Shown here one piece after another: positions 44,180 to 58,566 of a DNA stretch of 64,000 bases; the first letter of the stretch is position 1; each line of letters starts with the position of its first letter. The stretch lies in assembly GCA_964016885.1 (NCBI GenBank), contig OZ024743.1, forward strand, positions 273,544,001-273,608,000, read 5' to 3'. The notes below the pieces were generated by a model. It had not been told where the DNA came from. It saw nothing but the letters and a program-made list of their open reading frames with translations, and ran no database searches. This DNA comes from Eledone cirrhosa. Its lineage: Eukaryota. A program made the position numbers and the translations under genes.

Positions 44180-44227
<48 letters not shown>

Positions 44228-44231
<4 letters not shown>

Positions 44232-44429
44232 CAAAAGGTGTGGTAAGATACCAGGTGGACCATAACGCACCAGTGTACTCGATAATTAGGGTAATAGAGT
44301 GGGTAATAGGAAAAGAGTCAGGACCCCAACGGCTGAGCTCCGGCCGTTTCGACAGTTAGATCCGTACAGTTCGGATCCAGCTGTCGAAACGGCAGGAGCT
44401 CAGCCGTCGGAGTCCTGACTCTTTTCCTA
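44228..44429. mobile_element. Family P, copy 5
   Basis: Tail, then taggaaaagagtcagga...tttcgacagttagatccg tacagtt cggatccagctgtcgaaa...cttttccta. Confidence 0.9.
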
Positions 44430-46634
44430 TATATATAAAGTCTAAAGTCTATCTTAAGCCAGAAGGCTCATTTAGCCGGTGCTTAACTTGTGAAGCGACT
44501 GAGTGTACCCCCCCCCCCCTGGACACCAGTCCATCACGGGGTTAAAGCCGCAGCTATTGCTGGCATTCATCTTCAGCTGGGTATACTGGAGCAATATAAA
44601 ATAAAGTGTTTTGCTCAACACAACACGCAACCCAGAATTCGAACTCACAATATCATGATCGTAAATCCAACACCATTACCACTAGGCCATATATTTATAT
44701 AATTATATTTGTTCAAATTTCCATTTAATATGACTTAATAATTCCGATTGATCCCGAATGAGAGTGTTACAAATTAAATATATGTTAATTAAAGAAGTTG
44801 TATAAATGGAAGCGCCGTGGAACATGGTTGAAATATGTTTATTGCAAATAAAGTTACCAGATTCTATTTTAAGAGAAATATGATCAATATTGTCTTCTAT
44901 TCAGCGTGTACTATACTCTATATGAAACTTTCGATCTCTTTATTTCTGATAGTTGAATACTAAGTTTTACATAGATTGTCTTTTGAATGTTTCAGTTTTT
45001 TTAATCGGATGCTCGCTAATCTTGTGCGGAAATTGCCCTGGTCCATATGAGAAGGAGTTTGACAATAGCTAATGTGATTATCCTGATTGGGACACTTATT
45101 CAAAAACATCGCTGAAGCTGGCGAACCCTTCAATTAATTGGTATATTTTATTTCCTTACAGTGTTATATTATTCAAATCTCGTCTGATCAATGTAGAGCT
45201 GTTGCTATACTGAATTTTGCGAAATATACCAAGTTTCAATATGTATTAATTGCAAGAGACAATAGGTGCGGCAATCTCTTACGTGTTTCTAACCATATGA
45301 CAACTGTCTAAAATGAAATTCTTCCACACTGATTGTTATCTGCATACTCCATTACAATGGAAGGTCTTATTGGCCGCGTAAATCTAAACAATGGCCTAGT
45401 CGGAAAATACATTGATTTGATTCCTTCCCTCTCACACATTTTCACCCCACCCTCTCTCTCTCTCTTTCTCTCTTGTGATAATGAAGGTGTTGTATTGTGT
45501 TTCGCCAGTATTTACTCTGATTCATCAGATATATTACCAAATGCATTCTAACCGTGTCTATATAAAGGACCAAAGAACAACATCGAACCTAATTTTCTAA
45601 GGTGCCAAATTTCTATTAAAGTGTACAATACCTTGCACAAGGAATGGAGAAGAGATGGAATAATGTTCTAAACGTCATTTTTTAGAAACTTGTCGGCAAT
45701 GTCTCGTTACATGTCTTCTCGTTTAGATTTGATAGAAGGCTTAACAATTAGAAAAATAACCCTTCGGGTGGCGTTTGTTGCTAGAATATAGGAAGCGTCT
45801 GACACTATCACCAGTGGTATTTTCATAATGATGTTGATGATGATGATGATGATGGTGGTGGTGACGATGCAAATGATATTTTGCATTGTTTCAAGGACGA
45901 TATTGCAGTCTATTAAATAGCCATTAGTATATAATTGGTACTTATATTTTTCAACCTCGTCATTGTTTTCATATTTTCTTTGGTTCGTTTTTTATAGTTT
46001 TAGATTTAGAATTGAATAATTATAGTAGCCAGAAATCTAAATATTCATTCTTTGTCTAACGTTACAGTTCTGCGGAGTCGATATTCCTCATTTCAGTATG
46101 TTAGTTACTGCCACATTCATTATGTTCAAAATTAAAGCCATACTTGCGTTAGAATTCTTTAATTTAACAAAGAAAAGAAGAAAAAATAACCTATGAATGA
46201 TACACTTACATGTTTTCGTGATTTCAAATTAATTAACTCTTCTTCAACGTGTAGCATTTTTTTCTATCAGTTTCCTTTCGTTGATTTTATAATTCTTATT
46301 CTTATTTTATATACATTTTGCCGATTTAAAAATAAAAAAAAATTCTATCGTTTCTAATCCTTGTAAGATATTTTATATCAGAAGCTAAATGATACATGAT
46401 TTTATTCGTTATTTAAGGAAAAAGGAAAATATACATATTTGGTGTGACAGCAAAAGTAATTTGCTGGCCAAAAGTCTTTCACGGAATAATCTCTTTCTTT
46501 GCATTACTAGTTCAAATCTTGACGATATCGACTTAGGCATTGATCCAGTCGTGTCTATATGAGAAATAAACACATGGTCCCAAATGTGATATTAAGAAGG
46601 GGTGCATGTTTTGATTCAGTTATAGAGACATCAT

Positions 46635-47240
46635 AGTTTCGGTAGAGCCTCGGACAATATGCTTTGCAGCATATATATACTTTCTGAGTTCAAATCCCGT
46701 CGAGGCTAGCTTTGCCGTTCATCATTACGGGGTCGATAAAATAAGGTACCCGTAACGTCCTGGGGTCGATTTTATCGATATACCTGTCTACTAAACATCG
46801 TAGGTCTCGTGCCTAAATCAGAAACTATTATAGGTATAACATATAGAAGTACAGTATACATAAACATAACATCAAAAATTAAGTGACTTATCATTTAAAA
46901 TATATTTTATGCGATACTCTACCGATTCTACGAATTCTCAGCTCTGAAACAAGGAAATCAATTACTAACGATTTAATAGTGTCAATTTCAACGGACTACT
47001 ACAAATATAGCATTTGACCTTATTTAGAAATCATCCTTATGTAGGGGTGGTGGTCTGGCAGTATCGGTAGAGAAAAGAACAATAGGCTTTGCAGCATGGA
47101 GTTAAGGCCTTTTACTTTCTGAGTTCAAATCTTGCCGAGGTTAACTTTGCCTTTCATCCTTATGCGGTCGATAAAATACAGCACCGGTAATGCACTGGGT
47201 GAATTGCTGGTTTTGTGCCAAATGTAGAAACAATTATTAT
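46635..47240 (+). mobile_element. Two SINE family A copies (46635-46830, 47045-47240)
   Basis: Both carry the B box gagttcaaatc and the family core. Confidence 0.85.
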
Positions 47241-47493
47241 GTAGAAATTGAAGCATTATCACAAGGTGCAGCCTTATCACCTTGTTTCTCACTGACTTTA
47301 CTTCAGAACTATGTGAAGGATAAGCGTGTATTTACACGCCTATTCATTAAGTAGGTCTTTTAGTTCATAGAAGACATAGCCCATCATTTATACATATGGT
47401 TGACTGAACAGGCCCAATTGTTTTTCTCAGTTCTTTTCGTTCCGTCCTCTATTCACTCCCTATCTTTCTATTTCATCTTTTATTTCTCATTCG

Positions 47494-47531
47494 GTCTTCT
47501 GAGGAAGGACTGGTGTCCAAAACCTTAAGAC
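47494..47531 (+). ncRNA. Decayed minimal hammerhead in a solo pLTR-like segment
   Basis: gtctt CTGAGGA a ggac tggt gtcc AAAA cc TT aagac. Stems I and II are perfect. GAAA is changed to AAAA at a CpG. Confidence 0.65.
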
Positions 47532-47693
47532 TCTTCTCCCATTATTTCAAGCGTTCAACTAATATATTCATTGTTCTGTGTCGTTTGCTTTGTAATTTCT
47601 CTTTACATTTTACACACACACACACGCACACACTCACTCTCACAGACACACAGACATACACAGACAGACAGATAGACACACACTCACACATAC

Positions 47694-47747
<54 letters not shown>

Positions 47748-47985
47748 TTATATATAAATTTTCAATACCCGAATTACTTGATCGTTTTTTTGGCTATGCG
47801 AATGATTGTTTAACCATCGTCTCAGTGTGTTTGGCGTTTAACGTTTGTTATAGCTCTGGTTCATCTGAACCATTGAGCATTTGCCTCACATCTTGAGGTT
47901 GTTTTTCATTATTTCGTGGGCAGAAATGCGAATCTCGATAATTTATGTTTATATATATATAAACCCAGCTGACAAAACATATAAG

Positions 47986-50343
47986 ATGGGTAATATCTAT
48001 CCTACGAGGTTACCCTTTAATAAAAGAGTTTGCATACCACAGCAAATAGATGACGAGACGGAGGCACAGTTCACCATAGCTAGAAATAAAATTAGACAAG
48101 TAGTAGACAGGTATACTATGAGACAGCAGACCAGGGGCCCAACAACTTGGGAGAAAACCTGTAGAAGGCTTGGTTAGCCTCAAGCAGCGCACAAGGGATG
48201 GTGAGGTAGTGTGTCTACCCACAGATAAGTCTGGTAGGATGTCAATAGATAGCATGCCGAACTACATCGAGGCAATGCAACCCCACATCACCAACACTAG
48301 CGAAGTTGCACAACTAACACACGATGGGAGAGAAAAAATCCTCAACGCTCACATGATGATGTGGACTGACATCCTAAAGCCAAGCAGACGCACTGCCAAC
48401 AACTTCCAGGCGTCTAACAATGGCATACCACCCTTGTATGGGCTCCGCAAAGACCACAAGACAGTCGACGACCCGACAACAGGACCACCAACAAGACCCG
48501 TATGCGGAGCTAATATAGCTAGCAACTACAGGATCTCCTACTTCCTCTCAATGGTTATACGCCCCATAATCAAGATGTCCCCAGATGTATGTGAAAGTAC
48601 AGAGGACCTCCTCAGCAGAATCAGTGAGTGCAACAAAAACAGGAGCCTATCCAACTGCATATAGGCAGCATGGATGTGGTGTCACTGTACCCATCCATTA
48701 ACATTCATTTTGCTGTGAAAAGATGTGTGGAGATTATCATTGAGAGTGAGGTGGAGTTCTGCGACGTCGACACAGACGAACTGGGCCTCCTACTTAGACT
48801 TACCTACGACACTGACTACCTAGACAGCCATGACCTTAGATGTTTCTGCCCTAGTAGACCTATAAGAGGTAGACCCCCCACCATAACCTCAATGGCTAAA
48901 AAGACTCCCATAGGAAGGTGGATTGGGTGGACCAAACCTATACGAACCCCGCAAAACACTGATCAGGTAAGAAAAATGGTCGCACATGCAATAGGGGCTA
49001 GTATCAAAACTACCCTAAAGGGCCACATATTTAAGTTCAATGAGAAAATCTACACCCAAAATGAGGAAGCAGCCATCGGCGTCAGCATAGCTGGTGATGT
49101 TGCCAACCTTTTCATGGTATCGTGGGAAAGGAGACTTAAAGTTCTCCTTAATGAAAGCTCCATAGACCTCATCATGTACTCTCGTTATGTAGCCGATATC
49201 AATATAGTTATAAGAACACCCCCACTAGAGAGCACTAACAAGTTTGATTTAGAACGTAGCACGATGGAAAGCATCCAGCAGATAGCTAATTCCATACACC
49301 AGAGTATAACTGTAACTATCGACTTCCCTTCCAAACACCCTAACAATAGACTACCTGTATTAGACACAGAACTCTGGATTAACACTATAGACGAGAGAGC
49401 CCAAATTCTCCACTCACACTATGCTAAACCCATGGCCTCCAAATACCTGATACTCAAAAACTCAGCAATGTCCAGTAGTGCTAAGTTTAATATTCTGATC
49501 GCAGATTTAGTACGAGTGATGAAGAATGTGTCCAGCATGTGCGACCCAACAGAAATGGAAAGACACATCCAACACTTCATCAACCGCATGCAGTTCTCTG
49601 GCTACAACCGAAGAGACAGAGTCAGAGTATACGAAGGAGCCATGGAAAAGTATAAGACCCTCATAGAACTGGACATGAAAGGAATTTGCCCACTATACAG
49701 GAGCAAATCATGGAATATCTTAGATAGGGCTAGACATAAGATAGGGAAGGCCACATCATGGTACGACAACCAGAGATATCAGAGTGTCATGTTTGTGGAC
49801 GCCACCCCTGGAGGGAAATTAACTAACCAGTGTAGAAAGGCCCTGAGAAAGACCCACTTAAAAATAAAGGTGGTAGAAAAGCCAGGAACCACCATAAAAT
49901 CCCTGATCAGCAAAACCTACCCTTTTAAGAAAACCCACTGTGCCAATAGGAAATGTATCATATGTAAGGTGAACCCCCGGATAAACTGTAAAACTAGAAA
50001 CGTAGTCTATAGCATAAGATGTACAGAGGGTACTTGCAGAAACATGACAACAACATACATAGGTGAGACAGCTCGTAGCATAGGTGAAAGGATAGACCAA
50101 CACTGGGGGGAACTAAAAGGACGAAAAAACGGGTCAGTACTATACGAACATGCTAGACAACAACATGACGGTAACATAGACAACATAGAAATTAGAATAA
50201 TATCTAAACATAGGAATGACCCAGCAGATAGGCAAATCAGAGAGGCCAGTGAAATAGAAATTAGAAGACCAAAGCTAAACAGAAAGAATGAGTGGAACAA
50301 CAACAACACCCAAATAAACAACACTGACCTAAGAGAAGTATAA
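47986..50343 (+). pseudogene. PLE polyprotein (RT and C-terminal GIY-YIG endonuclease), inactivated
   Basis: PTDKSG, PPLYGLRKDHK, RPVCGA, SMDVVSLYPSI, AIGVSIAG, RYVAD (in place of YVDD), PVLD, and NVVYSIRC...YIGETARSIGERIDQH...REASEI..RPKLN. Frameshifts near 48150 and 48650. Confidence 0.93.
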
Positions 50344-50620
50344 ATAAGTAAATAAAATAAAATAAAATAAGATAAATAAATACATACACAAGCACAATAA
50401 CAACAAGCACATAAACACACACTAGTCACCCAGCAGACACAACACTATACACACTAGTCACACAGCACACATAACACTATACACACACGCAAACGCATGC
50501 GCAAAGAAGACAAAATAAAATAAGATAAACAAACAAGCAAATAAATAAATAAATATATAGACAGACTGAATAAAAAATGGCGTAGACATACAACACAACA
50601 GGAGGAACAATGAATATAAC

Positions 50621-50660
50621 ACCACTGACGATGTTGCAGATGTGCAACGAAAGATTTATG
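50621..50660 (+). ncRNA. Minimal hammerhead in the PLE 3' region
   Basis: ca CTGACGA t gttgca gatg tgcaac GAAA gatt TA tg. Stem I is weak. Confidence 0.7.
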
Positions 50661-52379
50661 TAAATTATGTAAACTATATATATGTGTTTGTGTCTATATT
50701 GTATCTGTATTATTTTTGACCGCCAGTCAGTCAATGGCAACATTGAGGACCGAGTAAGTTAGATCGCAGATATAAAAGACAGCGAGAAGCGAAAACCAAC
50801 CAAACAGTGAGTGTGTTCTGTTATTAATTCTGGCAATATTACGCAAATATGACCCTCCCCAAATATAACAATATATATATATATTTATATATATATATAT
50901 TGTATCTTCACTTCCACCACTATATATATATATATATATATTCACTTCCACCACTGTATATATATTTTCGATGAGTTAGGCTATGGAGAGAGAGATTTGA
51001 GTAGAAATGATATGTTTATATCTAAGTTTCATCATGTGTGTAGGTGTTTATTTACGCTCTATACTTCAATCCCACGTATAAAATCTTTCTGAATATCCAT
51101 TTCCACCTACATGATTTTATCATCAGTTCTAACTATACAAAACTCAATGAAATATACTTGACGAACCTTCTACAGCAGGAAGTCTAAAACCAATATATCC
51201 CCATTGTCTCTCTTCTCTTGGTTACAACAGCCTTCAAATAACATTAAATATCAAAGTGGTTAGTTTTACGAGATAAAAACACTTTATAGATTTTGGATCC
51301 CTGTGTTCTTAATTAATGTACTGATATTCTTTTATAGAAAAATGAGTGAACACATCTATCCCCTCTTCACATGTTTCTGATAATGTGGTGGATTTCATTA
51401 AGATGTAAACAAAGAAACGGAATTATTTTGCGTGAACTTGGAAAGGGAATAACGATTATAATTTTCTCCACATTTTAAATTTTGAATTAAATCTTTGCTT
51501 TAATATCCAACTGATAAGTTAAAGTAAATTCAAGTTGCAACAACAAAGAATAATAAATATAAAAGATTACTTTTTACAAAATTAATTAATATACGAAGTA
51601 TGGGTTAAAAAGAAAGGAAACCAGAGAGTAATGTTGTTCCCGTTTTCTTTCTAGATCATTTAAAGGACTGCACTTACTAATATGTGATCTTTACAAATAA
51701 TACGGATGGGGCGGATTTTTAAACAACTGCTAAACCTGGTAGAAATAGCAGCCGTATCTCTGTTAAATTGTATGCAAATTTCCTAAAGATTCATTTCAAC
51801 CACAATCATTAGACCCTTTTCTATACGTTTATTTAATTATGTTTTTATTTGATTATTTTTAGCTATTTTTACTACTATTAACAATTTGATACATATGTGT
51901 ACATGTACGATATGGTGCCTGTAGGTGTTGCCTAGCCTCAAATCGGCCATGATTTAACAATGTGTTCAAACGCGTTCCAGTGATGACCACCTCATTTCTA
52001 CAAGTATTATAACGTATTCAATGTTCAAGCAGCATGGAGTAAATTGAGAGAAATGTTGCTGATATAACTAGCAGATAAAGGAACGGCATATAGGCTCCTT
52101 CCCTGAAGTGTCAAATATTTTGCATATACCATGAGGTATCTGTATATATGTATGTATACTGCTCACTGCCGACATCTTATCCATCATAGCAACCACACTT
52201 CCTGTCAGAAACTGATCCCTAAATAATACTTTTTCTTTTGCCATGATGAACCTAGCAAAAGACATACAGAAAACATGCTTAGCTTTCACACAACGCCAAC
52301 CTCTGCTCTTACCCTAGTACACCAACTCCTATTACTGTCACTATTACGGTCAAAGCCAGACACTGCGCTAGCCTCAATA

Positions 52380-53240
52380 TTTCTAATCAATGTAGTGTCA
52401 GCCCTTGCATCAATACAAACAAATGGAAGATGCAATTAATTGAGGATTGGGTTGGTAGCCATCCACACCCCATCTCTTTCTTCATCCTAACTGAGACCCA
52501 TCCCGACAGTTCCCACTTGGAAGCCGAAGGGGAGTTGAGGCATTTTACAAACATCCGTGCCGATCGTGTCGGCGGAAGCAAGGAACTGCCATTTTCTTGC
52601 ATGATTCCTTTACGTCGGAAAGACATATCATATTCTCCAATCGCTACTGTGAATCAGTCTCCATGTACAACAAAGCCAATAGTTTGATAGTAGTTGGGCT
52701 CTATAGGCCAACCCAATCGTCTATCATATGCTTCAAAGATTGCTTCAACAGCATTGAGTTTGTTATACAACAGTTCCATTCTGGCGGCATACTAATGACG
52801 GGATACTTCAATCTACCCTGTATTGATTGGACAACAAACAGTTTGAAACCAGGTACTTGCATCTGAACCACTGACAAAGCAGCAGTAAATCACTTCTCAA
52901 CTTTATGGATGAGGTTTTTCTATCACAAATTGTTCTTGCATGAACAAGATATTAGAAAAACCGTTTGGACTTTATGTTTAGTAAACACATTAACACTATA
53001 CACAATATTACGAAATCACTTCTCTCAGATCACGAAATGGTTCTCTATAACCTGATATTCCAACACAGATGGCTACACCCAATGTATATTTATACTGTGA
53101 ACCTGGATGCAATCACTAGCAATCTATCGAATGTTGACTGGTCTTTCACACACGCCCACATTTCCATTAACATCAAAACAGATGGGTGTAGACATTGTTA
53201 TAAACATATGTGCAAAACACACCACATCAAGATCCGCTAA
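52380..53240 (+). pseudogene. Decayed APE endonuclease of a CR1/L2-type LINE
   Basis: ILTETH, RADRVGG, IVVGLYRP, GYFNLPCIDW, LDFMF and SDHEMV. Confidence 0.8.
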
Positions 53241-53374
53241 CAAAACTAACTAAATTGTTCTCGTGCATATAATTGGCCTGTTGGGCACTATATATATACT
53301 TCGAAACTTCCTGTCAGTATCAGGTTCTTGTTATGACTGGCAATACAATTAGATATCTAGTAATTATCATAATA

Positions 53375-53715
53375 AAAAGGATTTCTAAATATGGCACGAA
53401 GCCAGGACTGTTGGGACGGGTTCGAAAATTCGATTAAATCGACTACAGAAATTGACATGTTTTTAAAGTCAGCAGCAGTAGGATGAACAACAAAGTTAAC
53501 TTCATTGGGATTTGAACGCAGAACGTAAATTCTGTGACGTAATACAATACATTATTTTGCCCGACGCGGCAATCAAACCGTACAATTAACAATAATTGTT
53601 TCTACTTTTGGCACAAAGACAGCAATTACCCAGTACATTACTGGTACTTTATTTTATCGACCCCGTAAGGATGAAAGGCAAAGTGAACCTCGGCGGGATT
53701 TGAACTCTGACCGTA
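53375..53715 (-). mobile_element. Two SINE family A copies (old 53375-53560, younger 53592-53715)
   Basis: Family core and ggatttgaac B box. Confidence 0.8.
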
Positions 53716-54360
53716 TAGTAATGGTCTCTCTATAAACAGAAGGCTTTCGACATCAGGAAGGAAATTTCGAATGAATTAACCTCGTTAATTGACAGTTAGA
53801 TTATACTATCGACATTGGAAGAATGTAAGGTGGAGGTGTTCACAATGTGTTTTGAACCTGGATCCTAAAAAACCTTTAAGTAATAGAATAAAATATTCTT
53901 CCTCATTTTAGAAATCCTTCATGAAAATTTACCGTTGAATCTATATATGCAAGTAATGGTATTTTGCCAATGGTAGAATTCTGGTGGATTTGTCTCCGGA
54001 TATTCCTATATGCAGCATGTCAGCATAATATAAGTGTTTTTGGCAACATCTGCCAGCGGTGCCACTCAGCATTACTCCAGAATATCCGTTTATCTAGCTT
54101 GACAACTAATACATCCGGCTGTCATTTCACTTCGTGTAAGAAACTTTCACATTTACATATTGCTCTATTCATCTAGATATTGCCATTTCATACTCAACAG
54201 TATACAGACGCAAAGATATATATATATATATGTATATATGTGGGTGTATCTGTGTGTGTCTGTATATGCATATATATGTGTGTGTGTATATATGCATATG
54301 TGTGTATTCATATATATATATATATATGTGTGTGTGTATATATATATATGCATATATATA

Positions 54361-54418
<58 letters not shown>

Positions 54419-55043
54419 CATATATATGTATATATATGTATGTATATATATGTGTGTGTATATATACATGTATATATGTCTCATGGTCGGGTCGTTAGCG
54501 ACTAAACTGGCAACCCCACCAAGGTTTCTTTGTGAGGAGGGTGACTTTGGACATCATGCAGGACTAAAAATAAAACCTGTCAAAGGGCAAAGGAGCTCGT
54601 AAGAGTCAATGGCCATCCAAAATCACCGGGAGAGATGACCCCTTAGCCTTTGTCAAGGCAGACTTCTAGGAGAAGGAACACTCTGATATAATACCTGAAA
54701 CCCAGATGGTATCCAATGATGTTGACTTGTTCTTCTTTTTGGTAAATATCATCTTGGTTAAGAGAGTGGGACTGGCTTTGTGCAGTGCCTTTGCTCAATG
54801 TAAAAGCTTCACGGCACAGGCATTGCTTTATATCTGAAGATCTCTCAGCACTTGTCGTCACATGGTACCATGGGCCCAGCACTATGTGTCAATAATTGTC
54901 ACAAGTGTAGTGTTTGTACCAGAGTTTTCAAGTCGCTGGCTGGACTAAAAAGTCACACTCGTTCAGCGCATCGGTAGGGGTTCTCCTACATGGATATAAA
55001 GTAGTGGCCGTACTCGAAAACGAGTTGCCAGCCACCATATATA

Positions 55044-55131
<88 letters not shown>

Positions 55132-55227
55132 AATGTATATATATATGTATATATGTATATATATATATATATATATATGTAAATATATGTATATATATAT
55201 GTATGTATATATATACATATGTGTGTG

Positions 55228-55322
<95 letters not shown>

Positions 55323-55337
55323 GTATATATAAATATG

Positions 55338-55384
<47 letters not shown>

Positions 55385-55541
55385 AAATATACACGGGTGT
55401 GTATGATTGTGTATAGAAGATTATATTAATAAAAGGAATTCCAACTTTGTCTGATTTACTCGTTTTAATTACAATCCTTTAAAATGTATAATGGTATTAG
55501 AATGAAATAGTATGGTAGAATATTAAATGTTAAGTGTTAAT

Positions 55542-55580
55542 TGAATAAGTACTTTCATGCTTTCGCAATCTTCAGGTTCA
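55542..55580 (-). ncRNA. Minimal hammerhead downstream of a PLE GIY-YIG
   Basis: Minus strand reads tgaac CTGAAGA t tgc gaaa gca t GAAA GTAC TT attca. It has a GNRA-capped stem II and a palindromic GTAC. Confidence 0.65.
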
Positions 55581-55963
55581 TAATGTGTGGTGACAGTCAA
55601 GTTTGCAATTTTCAACTGTAATGAGATGGGGAAATGTTGTGCCTTATATACAGTGAAAATTGGCTCTAGAATGCTAAATCTTGCAAACTGTATTTCGATC
55701 AATCGGTGTGTAGTTTCACTGTATTACTAAAGCTGATTGATTTAGGCGTCACGGTTGGGTGAGCATTTCTAACGACTACTATTTGACCCTATCCAAAGCA
55801 TCAATTGTTTTGCTATTTTTAGGAATGATGAAAATAGCATTTTCTAGTAATCATCACCATCAACATCACTTTTATTATTATTATTATTGTTGTTGTTGTT
55901 GTTGTTAGTGGTCGTAGTCGACATGGTCATAGTCATAGTCATAGTAGGAGTAATCCTCCATTA

Positions 55964-56443
55964 TTATTGTTCATTTAGTTTGGGTTTGAATTTATCAATA
56001 ACATTATTTTCTTTGATTTTTCTCTTGATTTCACTTGGGCTATGTAATTTGTAGAATGGGAATATTATAAATATTCCCTGACCACATGTTACTAGATGGT
56101 TACTTAGGGGTATCTGACGGACATTTGGGTCTGTGATTTGCTGTCGGTGTACCCGTGCACGTTCCGATAGTGCATCTCCAGTTTGACCGACATATAGTTC
56201 TTCACAATTCGGGCATTTAATGCAGTAAATTAGATTTCTGCTTTTGCAGTTCATATTTGCATTTGGGAATATTTTTCCAGTTTTTGTTTTCATATATTGA
56301 CCGGCGTGTATGGATTGACATGTGCCACATCGACTATCATTGCATTTAGATACAGGGAATGATTGGTCTTTGTTGTTAAGGTCAAACTTTCCTTTTGCTA
56401 GTAATTGCTTCACATTTTTCGGCTGTCTTTTACTAAGTGTCAA
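55964..56443 (-). pseudogene. PLE (Neptune-like) GIY-YIG domain, 5'-truncated
   Basis: CNDSRCGTC...CKSRNLIYCIKCPNCEELYVGQTGDALSERARVHRQQI...KENNVIDKFKPKLN. Confidence 0.9.
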
Positions 56444-56459
56444 AGATCGATCTGTGATT

Positions 56460-56721
56460 AAGTCTTTTAATTCATTACTTTGAGCAATGATCGGTAGGTT
56501 TGCTTTGGCAGTGTTTTAAGGTATTCTGGTGACATGGGTTGTGTGTCACCAGATTTTGTGGTATCTCTCAGATATTTTGGTATCTTATTAAAATGGTGGT
56601 ATCCCTTAAACCCCAGGCATATGCAGTATGCGGTCCTTAACCTCGATTCCACGCGTGACACCTTTGGCACCATACAGTAACGTCCTGTTTGCAGGCTGGT
56701 CATGCTTTCAAAGCCGAAGTT

Positions 56722-56725
<4 letters not shown>
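56460..56725 (-). mobile_element. Probable CR1/L2-type LINE C-terminal fragment
   Basis: TGRYCMVPK...GFKGYHHFNKIPKYLRD resembles LINE ORF2 ends. Confidence 0.5.
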
Positions 56726-56783
<58 letters not shown>

Positions 56784-56976
56784 GTAATAGGAAAATATTT
56801 GACCCAGACGGCAGAGCTCAAGCCGTTTCGACGACTATTTCTAGAAATAGTCGTCGAAACGGCTTGAGCTCTGCCGTCTGGGTCAAACATTTTCCTATTA
56901 CCCACTCTACTACCCTAATTACTGAGTACTCTGGTGCGTTATGGTCCATCTAGTTCGTTACCACTCTTCCTCGTTA
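56784..56976. mobile_element. Family P, copy 6
   Basis: Near-perfect spacerless palindrome centred on tttctagaaa, followed by the tail. Confidence 0.92.
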
Positions 56977-57205
56977 TGTATATATGTATATAGATACATG
57001 TATGTGCGTGTATATATATATGTGTGTGTGTGTGTGTTTGTGTGTGGGGGGTGGGTGGGGGTGTATAAATGTACATGTGTATATATATATATATATATAT
57101 ATTTGTATACTTAACTGTAGAAATGAGTGGCAACGTCACTGGTGCCCCAGCTGTATCAGCCATCTCCTTTCCCGGACCTTCTACGTGCAAATCCCATGGT
57201 CATTA

Positions 57206-57239
<34 letters not shown>

Positions 57240-57242
<3 letters not shown>

Positions 57243-57590
57243 GAGGAAATTATAGTTCACTTGAAGCATTGTGTAATGAGGTATAAACGTTTGTATTTGT
57301 AAAGCCAAAACAATGCAGGTATGGATATAGAATATGAATGCAAATGCAAAAGATATTGTTGACAATTAGTCTTTTATCTTAAATTTATTTAAGTATCCTT
57401 AATTTTCGAGATAATATCTCTTCTTCGGAGGGAAGTAAAGTGGTTAATCCAGCGTTCTAACTGGTAAGCTATTTATAACGCTGGTTTAACCAGTTTACTT
57501 CCCTCCGAAGAAGAGATATTATCTCGAAAATTAAGGATTTATATTCTATATCCATACCTGCATTGTTTTGGCTTTACAAATACAAACGTT
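57240..57590. mobile_element. Fold-back element with an HHR-like motif (57502-57537) and a ~45-nt tail
   Basis: 57285-57457 is inverted at 57477-57590, with ~60 nt missing from the right arm. The motif reads cct CCGAAGA a gagata t tatctc GAAA at TA agg. Confidence 0.82.
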
Positions 57591-58406
<816 letters not shown>

Positions 58407-58484
58407 GTGAGAGAGAGAGAGGTGTATGTATATATGTATCATATATATATATATGGTACATATATATCTATGTATATATGTATC

Positions 58485-58564
<80 letters not shown>

Positions 58565-58566
<2 letters not shown>

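Larger units (their letters stand above)
47960..50875 (+). mobile_element. 5'-truncated Penelope-like retroelement inserted in (TA)n
   Basis: RT+GIY-YIG ORF followed by a 3' non-coding region with an HHR. It ends atgaccctccccaaatataacaa(ta)n. Confidence 0.92.
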
